A stretch of DNA of 64,000 bases, taken from the IMG/VR virus record IMGVR_UViG_3300030117_003378, positions 1-64,000 of that record. One strand, given 5' to 3'. Of the stretch, positions 46,610 to 57,259 are shown piece after piece. Origin of the DNA: a virus. A model generated the notes under the pieces. It was not told the origin of the DNA and did no database searches. It saw only the letters and a program-made list of their open reading frames with translations. The translations under genes and the position numbers were made by a program. Each line of letters opens with the position of its first letter. Within the stretch, counting starts at the first letter, position 1.

Positions 46610-46828
46610 ATGACAGAAGAGAAGCCCTGCGAATACTGCGACGACGGTGACGATTTGGATATGGAATGGGCAACCGAATATCAATGTATCGACCTATCCG
46701 ACGCCATGTTTGAAATCGAAGATGGCTCAATCGTAATCAGCGTCAATGAAACGATTGACTGCGAGGAATGCGGAAGGTCTAAGACCTTAACCGGCTACGC
46801 AAAGATACACACATGGGAGGTCGAGTGA
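46610..46828 (+). CDS. small acidic Zn-ribbon protein
   Basis: CEYC...CEEC; promoter repeat and SD upstream. Confidence 0.55.
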   Translation: MTEEKPCEYCDDGDDLDMEWATEYQCIDLSDAMFEIEDGSIVISVNETIDCEECGRSKTLTGYAKIHTWEVE

Positions 46829-47146
46829 ATGGCGTGTTATGTTTTCTCAAGCGGCGATAGATATGGCGGCACAGTATATCACGACACATTAACTGATATG
46901 TTCTTCATGCTCAATGACGATGGCGAAGAAGTGAGGTTGTTCTAATGGCATATCTTGGTGGATGCGACGAATTCTATTGTGAAGGGTGCGAGCAAGACAT
47001 ACCCGCAGATGAATTCGGTTACCATGAGTTGTGTCGTGAATGTATGCAAGCGGCCAAGGAACAAGCAGACTATCGAGCATGGGTCGTGCGTGGTGGATAA
47101 GGTTTATAGGGTAACAAGGATAGGGAAAATTACAGGAGGAATAGAA

Positions 47147-48322
47147 ATGACTACTACACAGCAAACAAGGAAGCCGTTGCCAAAGCGCAACACAGGAGAA
47201 ATTAGAGGGTTCGGTAAGCAGGTAAAGACTGAAGGTCGCGTCCGGTGGATGAGCCACAACAACCACGCCGCGAATCTGTTCAATTGGTATGATGCCGAGC
47301 ATCGACTGACAAGAGCAGAAACGAGTGACTACTTCAACGCTTACAATTTGAGTTGCTCGGTGCCACGACTCGTAACAATCGACTATGAGATGGAAGATTA
47401 TGAGGTAACCACAGGGACCGGCGATAACGTAGCCAATGTAACAAGGCAACGACCGGTAAAGGATGATGAGGGTTGGCCTATCGTCAAGAGTATTTCACTC
47501 ATCAGTCCGACGGAGTGGTTCTCAACACTAATGAAGATGCACCGAGTGATTGGTAAGAGCCGTAAGGTAGAGGTCAAGGACGAAGAGGGTAACACCGTAA
47601 TGTTGACCACTCACACCGGCAAGCAAGTACCAAAGACCACATACGAGTATTACAACGAATACAAGCCTGTGACTATTCACGAAATTGTCGGGATTGGTCG
47701 AAACGGCGGTGTGCAGAGAATTTTAGACGACTTGAGTGTTATGGTAACGGGTCGTCAGGGTTACCCATTCGTGAATTACATCACGACGGGACGACGAGGC
47801 TCCGCCAATTGTGGGGCGTATGGGGCAAGGACACCGTGGACACAGATTCAGGGTGGCGACTTCAACCGTAACTACCAATACAATGTTCACTACTACAAGC
47901 GCAACAATCAGCGACAGGTCACAGGCGAATTGGACGAGGAATTCATGCGTGTCTACGGTGAGTGGAAGGCGTTATTCGCTGACCTAACTGCACTGAAGAC
48001 GGTGGCCGACACCAAGCAAATCAACGAAACGGTCGAGAATGCAAGAAAGAGTGTCGCAAAGTTAGAGGGTGACTTGACAAAGATTCAGGAGAAGTGGACC
48101 GAAGAATACATGATGCAATTCGCTCGCAACGAGAGGGATAAGCAACTCAAGCAAGTAGAGCAGAATCTCAAGTACCGCAAGGAAAATTTAGAGCGTTACG
48201 AGAAGAGGCAAGCACATCTAAAGACACAGGACACGACATCAGTGACCGCCTTCCAAAAGAAGCACTTCGGGAAGGTCTTCAAGAAGGCAAACGTGGAGGG
48301 GTTGGGAGATGCCGATAATTGA
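47147..48322 (+). CDS. hypothetical protein with C-terminal coiled coil
   Basis: Start reassigned to the ATG after the promoter repeat and GGAGG SD. Confidence 0.7.
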   Translation: MTTTQQTRKPLPKRNTGEIRGFGKQVKTEGRVRWMSHNNHAANLFNWYDAEHRLTRAETSDYFNAYNLSCSVPRLVTIDYEMEDYEVTTGTGDNVANVTRQRPVKDDEGWPIVKSISLISPTEWFSTLMKMHRVIGKSRKVEVKDEEGNTVMLTTHTGKQVPKTTYEYYNEYKPVTIHEIVGIGRNGGVQRILDDLSVMVTGRQGYPFVNYITTGRRGSANCGAYGARTPWTQIQGGDFNRNYQYNVHYYKRNNQRQVTGELDEEFMRVYGEWKALFADLTALKTVADTKQINETVENARKSVAKLEGDLTKIQEKWTEEYMMQFARNERDKQLKQVEQNLKYRKENLERYEKRQAHLKTQDTTSVTAFQKKHFGKVFKKANVEGLGDADN

Positions 48323-49063
48323 GGGCGTATTGAGAGAATGGGCATTGGAGGAGATGGCCGCCGAAAAGGCGACCCTCCTCCGGCTCGTCTCCGCCATCAT
48401 TGACGGACAAGTAACGGTCATATCAGACACGCCGCACAACGAAGACCACAACGAAATGACATTGGTTTACCGGAGGGACAATTGATGCTCTGTTCAAACT
48501 GTGATATGTCATTCTTGTCGAAGGAGTGGTCGGTGCTGAGTATCAAGCGCAAGCCACAGTACGAGAAGGGAAGTGAAATCACACTTGCTTGCCCTAGTTG
48601 CGGGGCCATGTGGTCAGTGACAGGATATGCGGAGTGGACACTATGACGCATCCGTATTGTCGCATTTGTGGTGAGTACAGTCTCACCGAATTTAGCACCG
48701 ACTTCACATTTAGTGAAATCAAGTTCGGGGAACATTTTACTCACTACGTCAAGGTATGTAACTCTTGCATCAAGGAAGCGGTAAAGCAACGATTGGAGAT
48801 TCTTGGGAGAATCTAAAGGTTTATAGGGTAACAAGACTACGATAATTTACAGGAGAGATGAAAATGAGTTACAGAAACATGACAAGATTGGCTTGTTTTA
48901 TAGCAGACCGATATGTAGCAGAATATGACCGAGAGATGATTGGGGAATTGGTTCTCAAGTTCGGCGGAGAAGCCGTCGAGGACTTCTACGAAATATATGG
49001 CCGAATATACGGTGCAGATGTTCACCAAATCCTGAATTGGATTTACGAAATGGAGGATTGAAA

Positions 49064-49393
49064 ATGGCAGTACCATACGATTTAGGACAATTGTCGGTGG
49101 CCGACATTCAGCGAAAGGTCGGCGGGTTTAACAAGGAATACAAGGTGGTTACACCTAATCTTGGCAACCGATTTACCGTGCAATGCGGAAAGGGCAAGAG
49201 TGCTATTTTCTATGTGTGGCATTACTACGAGGAAGAAAACAAGATTTACCCCGAATATCAATTCGATACGAAGCACGAAGCCCGTGACTACATCTTTGAG
49301 AAGTGGGCGGAAGTACGACGCAAGGTCTACGAAGAGCATTGTGACTATTGGTACTTTGATGACGAGGTTTATGACCCTGAAGGGGAGGAATGA
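49064..49393 (+). CDS. hypothetical protein
   Basis: GGAGG SD; aromatic/acidic ORF. Confidence 0.55.
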   Translation: MAVPYDLGQLSVADIQRKVGGFNKEYKVVTPNLGNRFTVQCGKGKSAIFYVWHYYEEENKIYPEYQFDTKHEARDYIFEKWAEVRRKVYEEHCDYWYFDDEVYDPEGEE

Positions 49394-50144
49394 ATATGAG
49401 GACGATGACAATAATTGATAGCGAGTTTGAAGATATGTTGGGTTACATCGAGTTTTTGGAAGACAAGTTTGGTAACCATTGGGAAGAGTTTGTACAAGCC
49501 GGACTATCGGTGCGGGAAGCATCTGACGAAGAAGCAAAGCATTGGGAGGAATGAATATGACAAAGGAAGGCACACATTATTTGGTTTTGAGCGTGAAGGA
49601 TTTGAGGGCGTTGCTTTCAATGGCGGAAAAGGGCGCAAGCCTAACCGAGTCGAAGATTGACACATGGACACCGGAAATGCACACTATCGTCATGCGGTTC
49701 AATGAAAACGCCAAGTACGAGGGACAATTGAATGCAATAACAGTGAATGATAAGACCATGAATGAAATACGCAGGGGCGATTTCTGAATATAAAGGTTTA
49801 TAGTGTAACAAGGGTAGCAAAATTTAGCGGAGGAATGAAAATGACAAGACAAACAATAAAGGTAAAGGTAAAGATAGAATTAGAAGAGGAGATGGAGATT
49901 AACGCGGAAAATTTACGCGATATGAGTATCGAAGAATATATCCACGAAAACTTTGAGTACGAGATTGGCGATATAGTTGACTACATCGAGCATTGGGTGG
50001 TCTGAATGGGTGAAAGGTTGATGATTTACTCAGCCGAGGAATTGCGCTCTAAGCCACTCAGTCAGGTCAAGCAATACGAGGCGTATTTGTGGGAGCAATG
50101 GCGTATCGCAGAAACGGTAAAGAAGTACATGGAGATGTTGTCCG

Positions 50145-50447
50145 ATGAGTGACGTAACCATCCTTGTCTATTCGTACCGAAACAAGAGCAACAAGACACG
50201 ATGGGCCGTCAAGGAGCAATGGAATCAGGAGATTCTAAGCAACGGTCGGAAGATGACAGGGTTCGATTACCACGCGGCAAGACAAGAAGCACAGGTTTGG
50301 AAGCGCGAGTTATTGGCTTACGGTATGGATGCGGTAGTGTCTTACAACTACGAGACACCGAAGAGTAACGTCACACCTATCAATTGGGAAGAGCGACTGA
50401 TGTCACAAGACCATGACGAGCAAGACCGATTTGGTGCATTACTATGA
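50145..50447 (+). CDS. hypothetical protein
   Basis: ORF in the small-gene cluster. Confidence 0.5.
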   Translation: MSDVTILVYSYRNKSNKTRWAVKEQWNQEILSNGRKMTGFDYHAARQEAQVWKRELLAYGMDAVVSYNYETPKSNVTPINWEERLMSQDHDEQDRFGALL

Positions 50448-50807
50448 TTGACTACCGAATCAGCATTCAGGTGCTTGAGCCGCCTATTGGCTCGCGAAAT
50501 ATCCGTTGGGAAATCAAGGATGGCATCGGCATGATTCGTTACGGTTGGACTATGGTCGAATTGATTGAGACACTTGAGGAAATTAATAAGTCAATCAGTC
50601 AGCCTTGAATGTTGTGAAGGAATACTTTTGAGAGATGATGAGAATGGCTAAGGAGATGAGAATGCGTCAGCGTATCGACAATTGGGTCGAGGACCGTTGT
50701 GATTGGTGGGAAGCCAATTGGGATGTAATCACACCGTGGTTCATGGTCGTAATCGGCGCAGGAATTCTATCCGTAACGTTTATAGTGTAAGGTTGTTAGG
50801 GATTTCT

Positions 50808-51233
50808 ATGGAAGGAATATCTATGGACGGTGTGGTCGAAATCGGCCACGACAGTATTTTGAAGATTGCCCACGGTCATGCGTCTTTGGCGACGACGAGG
50901 GCGGATAATCTACTGTTGACACTTTTCGGTGGCACCGAAAACACAATCGTTTGGAGGTTGCGTGAAAACACATGGATGATGTGGAATGTGACACAGCGAC
51001 ATATAGACGGACCCAACCACCGAGCAATTCGGATTGCCGTAGACCAAAGCGACTTGGTATTCAATGACGAAATTGCCGACCTCATGGACACAATCGGCGG
51101 TTATGTCGTCGTTATGAACGAGGAAGAAGCAAGTATCATATTGGATTGTGTCATCTTTGAAGAGACGATTCACATACCATACCTGTTCCTCCTGCGTAGC
51201 AGGAGAAATGGTGGAGTCGGGGTGTTAGCATAG
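50808..51233 (+). CDS. hypothetical protein
   Basis: ATG just after the promoter repeat at 50775. Confidence 0.5.
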   Translation: MEGISMDGVVEIGHDSILKIAHGHASLATTRADNLLLTLFGGTENTIVWRLRENTWMMWNVTQRHIDGPNHRAIRIAVDQSDLVFNDEIADLMDTIGGYVVVMNEEEASIILDCVIFEETIHIPYLFLLRSRRNGGVGVLA

Positions 51234-51529
51234 GCCGACGAACGAATGGCGGGAGGACAAGGAGGATTCTCCGAACCTGTATTTGGAACGGGCATCTCGA
51301 CGAATGGATTTCCGCCAAGGAGTTGTCTCTTATCATAGCCAAAGAGTACGACACAGATAGTGAAGGAAGGCCGCTCTTGTGGGCGGACGTGACTACCATG
51401 AAAGTAGCAACCGTACTCGGCCAATTAGAGCGATACGGCGAAGTCGAACAGAACCGGAAAGCAGGGAAAATCTCCCTGTGGCGAAAGGTTTAAAGGGTAA
51501 TACACTACCCAAGTTTGGAGGCAAAATAA

Positions 51530-51805
51530 ATGAAGCAGAAAAGACTAAGAGCGGCGATTGCGAGAGTCCTGTTGGACTCGATTGAGCGAGGAGAAGGAGG
51601 TATCACGGTAGGTCAGGTCGCTGACCGATTGTTGAATAACGGGTACAAGGATGTACCGTCGGGGCGACGCCTCGGACAGATTATGCGTTCGACCCGTGGA
51701 TTTGAGCGCAACGAGCGACAGTATATTTACGACAGTGACCGAGGTGGCTCAGTGCTACTCTCACTGTGGACTATCAACGAGACAACGGTGCGTGAATGGT
51801 TATGA
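51530..51805 (+). CDS. winged-helix DNA-binding protein
   Basis: ITVGQVADRL...VPSGRRLGQIM...F..W pattern. Confidence 0.6.
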   Translation: MKQKRLRAAIARVLLDSIERGEGGITVGQVADRLLNNGYKDVPSGRRLGQIMRSTRGFERNERQYIYDSDRGGSVLLSLWTINETTVREWL

Positions 51806-51854
51806 ATATAAACCTTTATAGTGTAACAATGGTAACAATTTTTGAGGAGAGAGC

Positions 51855-52370
51855 ATGAATATATTTGTATTGCACACAAGCCCGACATTAGCGGCACGAT
51901 ACCACGACGACGTTCGACTACCCAAGATGGTAGTAGAATTATACCAACAGTTAGGCTCTGCCGTTCGACGCCACGGTGCGACCGACGAGCAGATGCCATT
52001 GACACAGAAAGGCACACCACTCAAGGGTGGTTATCACAATCACCCCTGCACCCGATGGGTCGGCGACTCAATAGCCAATTTCTTTTGGGCGCATCGCCAC
52101 GCGGTTGCCCTATGTGCTGAGTACACCAAGCGCTTCGGCAAAGTACATTCTTGTCGAGCAGGTATCGTAAAGTTACTCGACCTATCCGTACTCATACCTT
52201 CAGGCACCCTTACACCGTTCGCACAGGCCATGCCTGACGAATACCGTGACGACAACGCCGTCGCCGCTTACCGCCGCTACTACCACAGTAAGGCAGATAG
52301 TAAGGGCGGCGTTCGTTGGGACAAGTACGTCGAAGTACACGGTCGTTTGCCGGGATGGTGGATGCTATGA
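51855..52370 (+). CDS. pyrimidine-dimer DNA glycosylase (T4 endonuclease V-like family)
   Basis: MNIFVL..AA.YH.D...KM..E..Q.L, H.NHPCT.W, EY..RFGK.H, QAMPD, AYR.YY. Confidence 0.75.
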   Translation: MNIFVLHTSPTLAARYHDDVRLPKMVVELYQQLGSAVRRHGATDEQMPLTQKGTPLKGGYHNHPCTRWVGDSIANFFWAHRHAVALCAEYTKRFGKVHSCRAGIVKLLDLSVLIPSGTLTPFAQAMPDEYRDDNAVAAYRRYYHSKADSKGGVRWDKYVEVHGRLPGWWML

Positions 52371-53269
52371 AGAATAACGTCATCTTAGACACATCGAAGA
52401 TTGAGATTGAGGAGGTCTACCCGTACACACGGTCAGGCAAGAATCCCGTAATGCAACCGACAATCGTCCTGAGAGATACCGAGACGAAGGAGTATTACTA
52501 TTTGTGCGGCATGAAGGTTCTGTACTCACTGATGAATCAGTTAACACGGCACTACTACCGCACGACAATCAAAGACTATCTATACAACGGACCGACCGAA
52601 GAATTCATTACCCTGTTATCCCACGACATCCTTAGTTACAAGGGTGTCCTGTCTTTCAATCTATGTAACCCCAAACAATACATTCAATCATACGGTCGCA
52701 AGGCTATGGTAAATACACGGACACCGGCTAACGATAGTCACAACATCGTGCAGACCGTGTCCTCGGTCTATCAGGATTCAACGGTAGACCATATTATGTC
52801 CGTAGCCAAGGAATACGACGTACATTGGGAGTTCGTCGGCACAAGTACGCCCAACGACGGTTACGTCAAGGCCACCACAAACAAGCGTTCATATCCTGAC
52901 AGAGTGTGTTACAAATTCCAAAGACATGGTCCGCTGTATAATAAGGGCCAAATCAACATCACACTTTCCCCGACGGGTACTATGATGGCTGAGGTTTGGT
53001 TCAAGCATCCCATTATGGGTTACGAGATTTCGCCCTTTGATTCTCTACTGAAGATGACTGAGCAGGATGCAAGGTGGTTAGGGCCGTGGCTTCAGAAGAT
53101 AGACGAGGCACTTGAATACGCATACAGACGACATGAGCCAACATTAGCGAAGGAGACTTGGGATAGGGAAGTCAGAAAGTTTGAGGGTACTGCATCGGAA
53201 ATTGGTTCGACACGCCGTATGTTGTGGCGCAACAAGGCTCTCAAGTATTCATTCGGGGGACTGCGCTAA
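52367..53269 (+). CDS. hypothetical protein
   Basis: 300-aa ORF, ATGA-coupled. Confidence 0.65.
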   Translation: MKNNVILDTSKIEIEEVYPYTRSGKNPVMQPTIVLRDTETKEYYYLCGMKVLYSLMNQLTRHYYRTTIKDYLYNGPTEEFITLLSHDILSYKGVLSFNLCNPKQYIQSYGRKAMVNTRTPANDSHNIVQTVSSVYQDSTVDHIMSVAKEYDVHWEFVGTSTPNDGYVKATTNKRSYPDRVCYKFQRHGPLYNKGQINITLSPTGTMMAEVWFKHPIMGYEISPFDSLLKMTEQDARWLGPWLQKIDEALEYAYRRHEPTLAKETWDREVRKFEGTASEIGSTRRMLWRNKALKYSFGGLR

Positions 53270-53546
53270 TGTTTCTATTATTTCGACGAGACTCAGAAAT
53301 AATTACAGGCTCGCAGTACAACGGTTTTAATTCATTCTTTTCTTACCCATTAGGATGTGTAAAGGAAATCACCAATACGGCACTATCCTACTACCTAGTT
53401 AGTAGAAAGGTAAATACCCTAAACGGGAATAGAAAGAATTACGGGGGGTTCGCCGCAGTAACACGGTTATTTGTTTCAGCGACTCGCAGAAAGAATAGAA
53501 AGAATGGGGTGATGGCATAGGACACAGGAATGGAGGTCAGCGTTGC

Positions 53547-53954
53547 GTGAGTGATTTCGCGTACCGTATGATAATGGAAAAGGGACGGATGACGACGAAT
53601 GAGATTTGGGTGGCCGCACAAGAAAGTGAGACTCGGATTGCCCACTCAGAAAACACGAATCAGATTAGCAACAGATTGAGGGTGTCCCCACTGTTCACAC
53701 AACACGGCACTGTTCGTCAGCGTTCAGCGCGTAGCGCAATCGGTGTGAATGTTGGCAGTACGGGTCACGGAGAGGAGATATGGCAGGGACAAAGTGTACG
53801 CGCCGATGCCATTTTTCACAACAGTCCTCTATGGGATATTGCGGATTTAGACACGGTTGCCGAGAAGTACCTTGCGAAGACACACAAGGTAAAGGTTCAT
53901 AGGCTTCCCGCTATCCTCCGTAATAGAATCAGGGAGTTGGTGGGCGATGAGTGA
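53547..53954 (+). CDS. winged-helix-like protein
   Basis: G.MTTNEIW....NQISNRLR.SP.F..W; GGAGGT SD. Confidence 0.5.
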   Translation: MSDFAYRMIMEKGRMTTNEIWVAAQESETRIAHSENTNQISNRLRVSPLFTQHGTVRQRSARSAIGVNVGSTGHGEEIWQGQSVRADAIFHNSPLWDIADLDTVAEKYLAKTHKVKVHRLPAILRNRIRELVGDE

Positions 53955-54735
53955 CTATTTCGGAAAGAAGGTAGATGCAAAACGAGTTATCGTATGCGTG
54001 GATGGAGAGACGGGACACGCGCCTTTCGTGGCGTTGTCCGCATTCATTCAGGACAAGAAGGCAATTGGTTACATTATGTCACGATTCATGCGCCAAGACC
54101 CCCTCAATACTGTCCCTGATTTCGACGGGGCGGGTTGGCCGGTCTACGATATAGGCAAGGACACTTTGGCAGTCGTAATTCGCGGGTTCCACAGTCCTGA
54201 ATCAACGGGGTTGGGGTCAAACACCATTTGGACGTACTACTACCCTGTAATGAAGGGCCTAGTCGAAGTCATGGCGCGTCACCATTTCAAGTGCAAGGAA
54301 TTGTTCTTCCTCAACACGACTTCAGTCCACCAGTTTATGCCGGACGAATTGTTTGAGCAGTTACCGAATGACAGATGTCACGTCACGTCATTTGAAGCCG
54401 GAGAGATGGTTCGGGATGATGGGATGCCGCAGATATTCTTGCACAGTCCCGCGTGGTGCATCCCGTGGTTGTTCTCGTATCTTGGTGGGGAGGCAAATAT
54501 CCTCACGGTGGGCTTCGATGAGGATAACCCCGAAGCCGTCGACATTACGGCGGCACACACCCTTTCACAGAAGATTCAAGATATGACTGATATTCCCCGA
54601 GACAACGCCCACATGGAAAAGGTCGCGGCAGAAATCAACGAGGTTGACGAGGCCGAGCAAGAAATGTTCCGAAAGGTATTTAGTGAGCAGACCGACCGCA
54701 AGGGTAACGGGGACGTTGGAGGTATGTTCGGATGA
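53947..54735 (+). CDS. PAC2/PbaA-like proteasome assembly chaperone homolog
   Basis: C-terminal VD..AA..L...I.......M...A.EI pattern and terminal GMFG resemble archaeal PAC2-family proteins. Confidence 0.45.
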   Translation: MSDYFGKKVDAKRVIVCVDGETGHAPFVALSAFIQDKKAIGYIMSRFMRQDPLNTVPDFDGAGWPVYDIGKDTLAVVIRGFHSPESTGLGSNTIWTYYYPVMKGLVEVMARHHFKCKELFFLNTTSVHQFMPDELFEQLPNDRCHVTSFEAGEMVRDDGMPQIFLHSPAWCIPWLFSYLGGEANILTVGFDEDNPEAVDITAAHTLSQKIQDMTDIPRDNAHMEKVAAEINEVDEAEQEMFRKVFSEQTDRKGNGDVGGMFG

Positions 54736-56090
54736 CTGATGAGCCAATGGATATTTTCGATTCTGTTCAGCGATATGCTGACGCCAACCACTACGTCGAT
54801 GTGGCTGATAAATTACCCATCTTTATTTGCTCAATCGGCGCACACATCCTCAACACTTTGAACAAGTGTAATCAATGCCCGTTCAAGCCGGAGGACAACG
54901 AGGAGGGGTACGCCATCTTTGACTGTCCCATGCGCCATGAGCATCAATCAATTTACACACCGATGAGCCACGTCGCCGACACCCGATTGCACTTACTAAT
55001 GCGAGGTGCTAAGGGGTCGGGCAAGAACGTCCTCATTGACCTCTTCCTCCGAGAAGGCACGGGTCTTCTATACAACACCAATGCGGTGACAAACGTACTC
55101 GACGCACAACACCGAGATGCGGGGTTCCCGACGGACATTGGCCCCAACTCAATCACGGAAGCCGGTATGTTCGGCTCAGTAGATGAAGAGGGCAACATCA
55201 CAGGTCGTCCTTTGGCCCGTGATATGTGTGGTGGCTTCCTCGGCTTTGAGGAGTTTTCATCCGTGACTGATGCGAGCAAGAAAGACCACAGTATGGATAT
55301 GAAGAATCAGTTGCTCACCTCCACTGACAGTGGTCGTGTCAATAAGCGAATGCGAAGTGGTATTGTCCGCTATCTCACCAAGTACACGATTTGGGCGGGG
55401 ACTCAGCCCGGTCGTTTTGAGTTGGAGTCCGGTCTTGACCGACGCTTCTTCATCATTGAGATTGGTATGTCGCCGGAGAAGGAGCGAGCATACAAGCAAG
55501 CACAGGTTCTCAACAGTAACATGGACATCGGGACTCGGGTGAGACTCGCACAACAAAACCTTGAAATAAGGACTTGGTTCACGACACGTCTTCTCGACGC
55601 CATCAGCAATCCACCGTCACGCCTACTGTTCGACGCCTCTCTTGAGGAGTGGTTGATGCAGGGTGACGTGCGAAGTCACGAAGCAGACTTGTTCCGTCGC
55701 CTCGCTATCGGGTATCACATGATGCAACCTGAGTGGAAGGGGGGACAATCCTTGACGGTAACCGTCGACGATAGGTTAAAGGCGTTACTCGATGCGTCGT
55801 TGTTGATGCGACGAGAAGTGATGGACGCCGACGTGCAACTCATCAAGACCACGTTTTGGGGTACTGAAATGCCCCGCAGTACGTTGCTTAAGGAAGTATC
55901 TCGCATGGTCACAATGGGTGACTACCAATCCGCAAAGCGGTGGGTTGATGACAACCTGCGCGGTCAGCGTTGGTACGAGGAATACAGGCCGGAAGGTGTG
56001 GGCCGTGGGCGCCGTGGCGTCATGGTCAAGATACAACCACCGGCACCGAAGGAGCATACAGAATTAGAATGGGGTGAATCCGATGAATAG
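54732..56090 (+). CDS. MCM-like AAA+ helicase (motor domain only)
   Basis: LL.G.KGSGK Walker A, SITEAG..GS, GG.L.FEEF Walker B, LDRRF Arg finger. Confidence 0.7.
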   Translation: MTDEPMDIFDSVQRYADANHYVDVADKLPIFICSIGAHILNTLNKCNQCPFKPEDNEEGYAIFDCPMRHEHQSIYTPMSHVADTRLHLLMRGAKGSGKNVLIDLFLREGTGLLYNTNAVTNVLDAQHRDAGFPTDIGPNSITEAGMFGSVDEEGNITGRPLARDMCGGFLGFEEFSSVTDASKKDHSMDMKNQLLTSTDSGRVNKRMRSGIVRYLTKYTIWAGTQPGRFELESGLDRRFFIIEIGMSPEKERAYKQAQVLNSNMDIGTRVRLAQQNLEIRTWFTTRLLDAISNPPSRLLFDASLEEWLMQGDVRSHEADLFRRLAIGYHMMQPEWKGGQSLTVTVDDRLKALLDASLLMRREVMDADVQLIKTTFWGTEMPRSTLLKEVSRMVTMGDYQSAKRWVDDNLRGQRWYEEYRPEGVGRGRRGVMVKIQPPAPKEHTELEWGESDE

Positions 56091-56400
56091 GAGAGCAAGT
56101 GGAATAGAAAAATATACAGCAACGACAGGTAAGCACAAGTGGTGGCGCAACGCTACATACGAGTGGTTGAAGAAACAGGATGGGCCGAAGACCGGTGAGG
56201 AAATCATCGAGGCTTATACGACCGGTGAGATTCTAGCCCGGACGGGGATGCCGTTCTCAACCAAGTATGTTCCGCGCCGACCAAACGATGTCTCCCAACG
56301 ACTACGCCGTGACGCCCGATTCAAGAGTATCAAGGTATGGTCACGACGACCACATGGTGGTGGCTCTTATCACATTCACGCATGGACGGTGGAAGAATGA
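56083..56400 (+). CDS. winged-helix-like protein
   Basis: GPKTGEEI....P.RPNDVSQRLRRD.RF..W. Confidence 0.5.
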   Translation: MNRRASGIEKYTATTGKHKWWRNATYEWLKKQDGPKTGEEIIEAYTTGEILARTGMPFSTKYVPRRPNDVSQRLRRDARFKSIKVWSRRPHGGGSYHIHAWTVEE

Positions 56401-57032
56401 GGTCACGACGAGAAATAGAAGAGCGTATGCACTTACTCCACGCTGAAGGCAACCATGACGCTTCGGGCTTGTTGGGTTGGGTTCTTCAGGATGCAGAATG
56501 CGCTATGTGCGCCCACAAGTCCGCCCGTGAGTTTGAAATGAAACTCAACCGTGAGGAGGTTACCGCTTCCTTCCTTGAGATGAAGATGAATTGGCCTGTC
56601 GGCACGGTAGATACTCACATGAAGGAACACGTTGAGTATGACCCGACTGAGGCTTCTGCTATCGAGCAAGCCCGTACTGAGACGATTGACACGCTCAACG
56701 TGGCGGAGAATCTCATGCAACGTATGGTCGGTTGGCTTGATGAATTGGAAGAGCGACGTGAGATTGAAGGTGTGTCGTCAGATTGGATTGCTGACGCCAC
56801 CAAACTAACAGGTCAGTGCCACACCGGATTGAAACTTATCGGTCAATTGAAGAAGGAGATTGGTGTTGATTCACAGTTACTTCTTGCCGACCGCAAGATG
56901 GATGCAGTCATGGGAATCCTCGTTGACACTCTCCGTGAGGAGCCTCGGCTTCTCGACACTATCGAATTGAAATTGGCCGGTCTGAAAGCACCGAGCCACG
57001 TTATCGACGCAGACTTTGAGGTGGTTGAATGA
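56397..57032 (+). CDS. Zn/HTH protein, terminase small subunit-like candidate
   Basis: CxxCxH..HxxxH, helical middle, C-terminal IDADFEV. Confidence 0.4.
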   Translation: MRSRREIEERMHLLHAEGNHDASGLLGWVLQDAECAMCAHKSAREFEMKLNREEVTASFLEMKMNWPVGTVDTHMKEHVEYDPTEASAIEQARTETIDTLNVAENLMQRMVGWLDELEERREIEGVSSDWIADATKLTGQCHTGLKLIGQLKKEIGVDSQLLLADRKMDAVMGILVDTLREEPRLLDTIELKLAGLKAPSHVIDADFEVVE

Positions 57033-57259
57033 GACGTAAGCGCACTATGTATCGCACGACCTTCACCGAGAAGGATATGGTTGAGTCCATGATGATTCTA
57101 CGAGAGGACGATGTCACATGGACCGTCCGTTCCGACCGCATTCAATTCCTAATTGGCCCCTATGCAATCACAACTGAATCGGTACGCAAGCGATTCGATT
57201 TGGGTAAGAGCCAAATGCAAAGGTTTATAGCGTTCCTGTTGAGGCAAGAGTGGTCGTAA
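57029..57259 (+). CDS. hypothetical protein
   Basis: ATGA-coupled ORF. Confidence 0.45.
   Translation: MRRKRTMYRTTFTEKDMVESMMILREDDVTWTVRSDRIQFLIGPYAITTESVRKRFDLGKSQMQRFIAFLLRQEWS

Noticed and set aside
53224-53520. 98-aa ORF in the AT-rich gap
   Set aside because: Overlaps the upstream gene, atypical composition, spans DNA-level repeats; treated as non-coding
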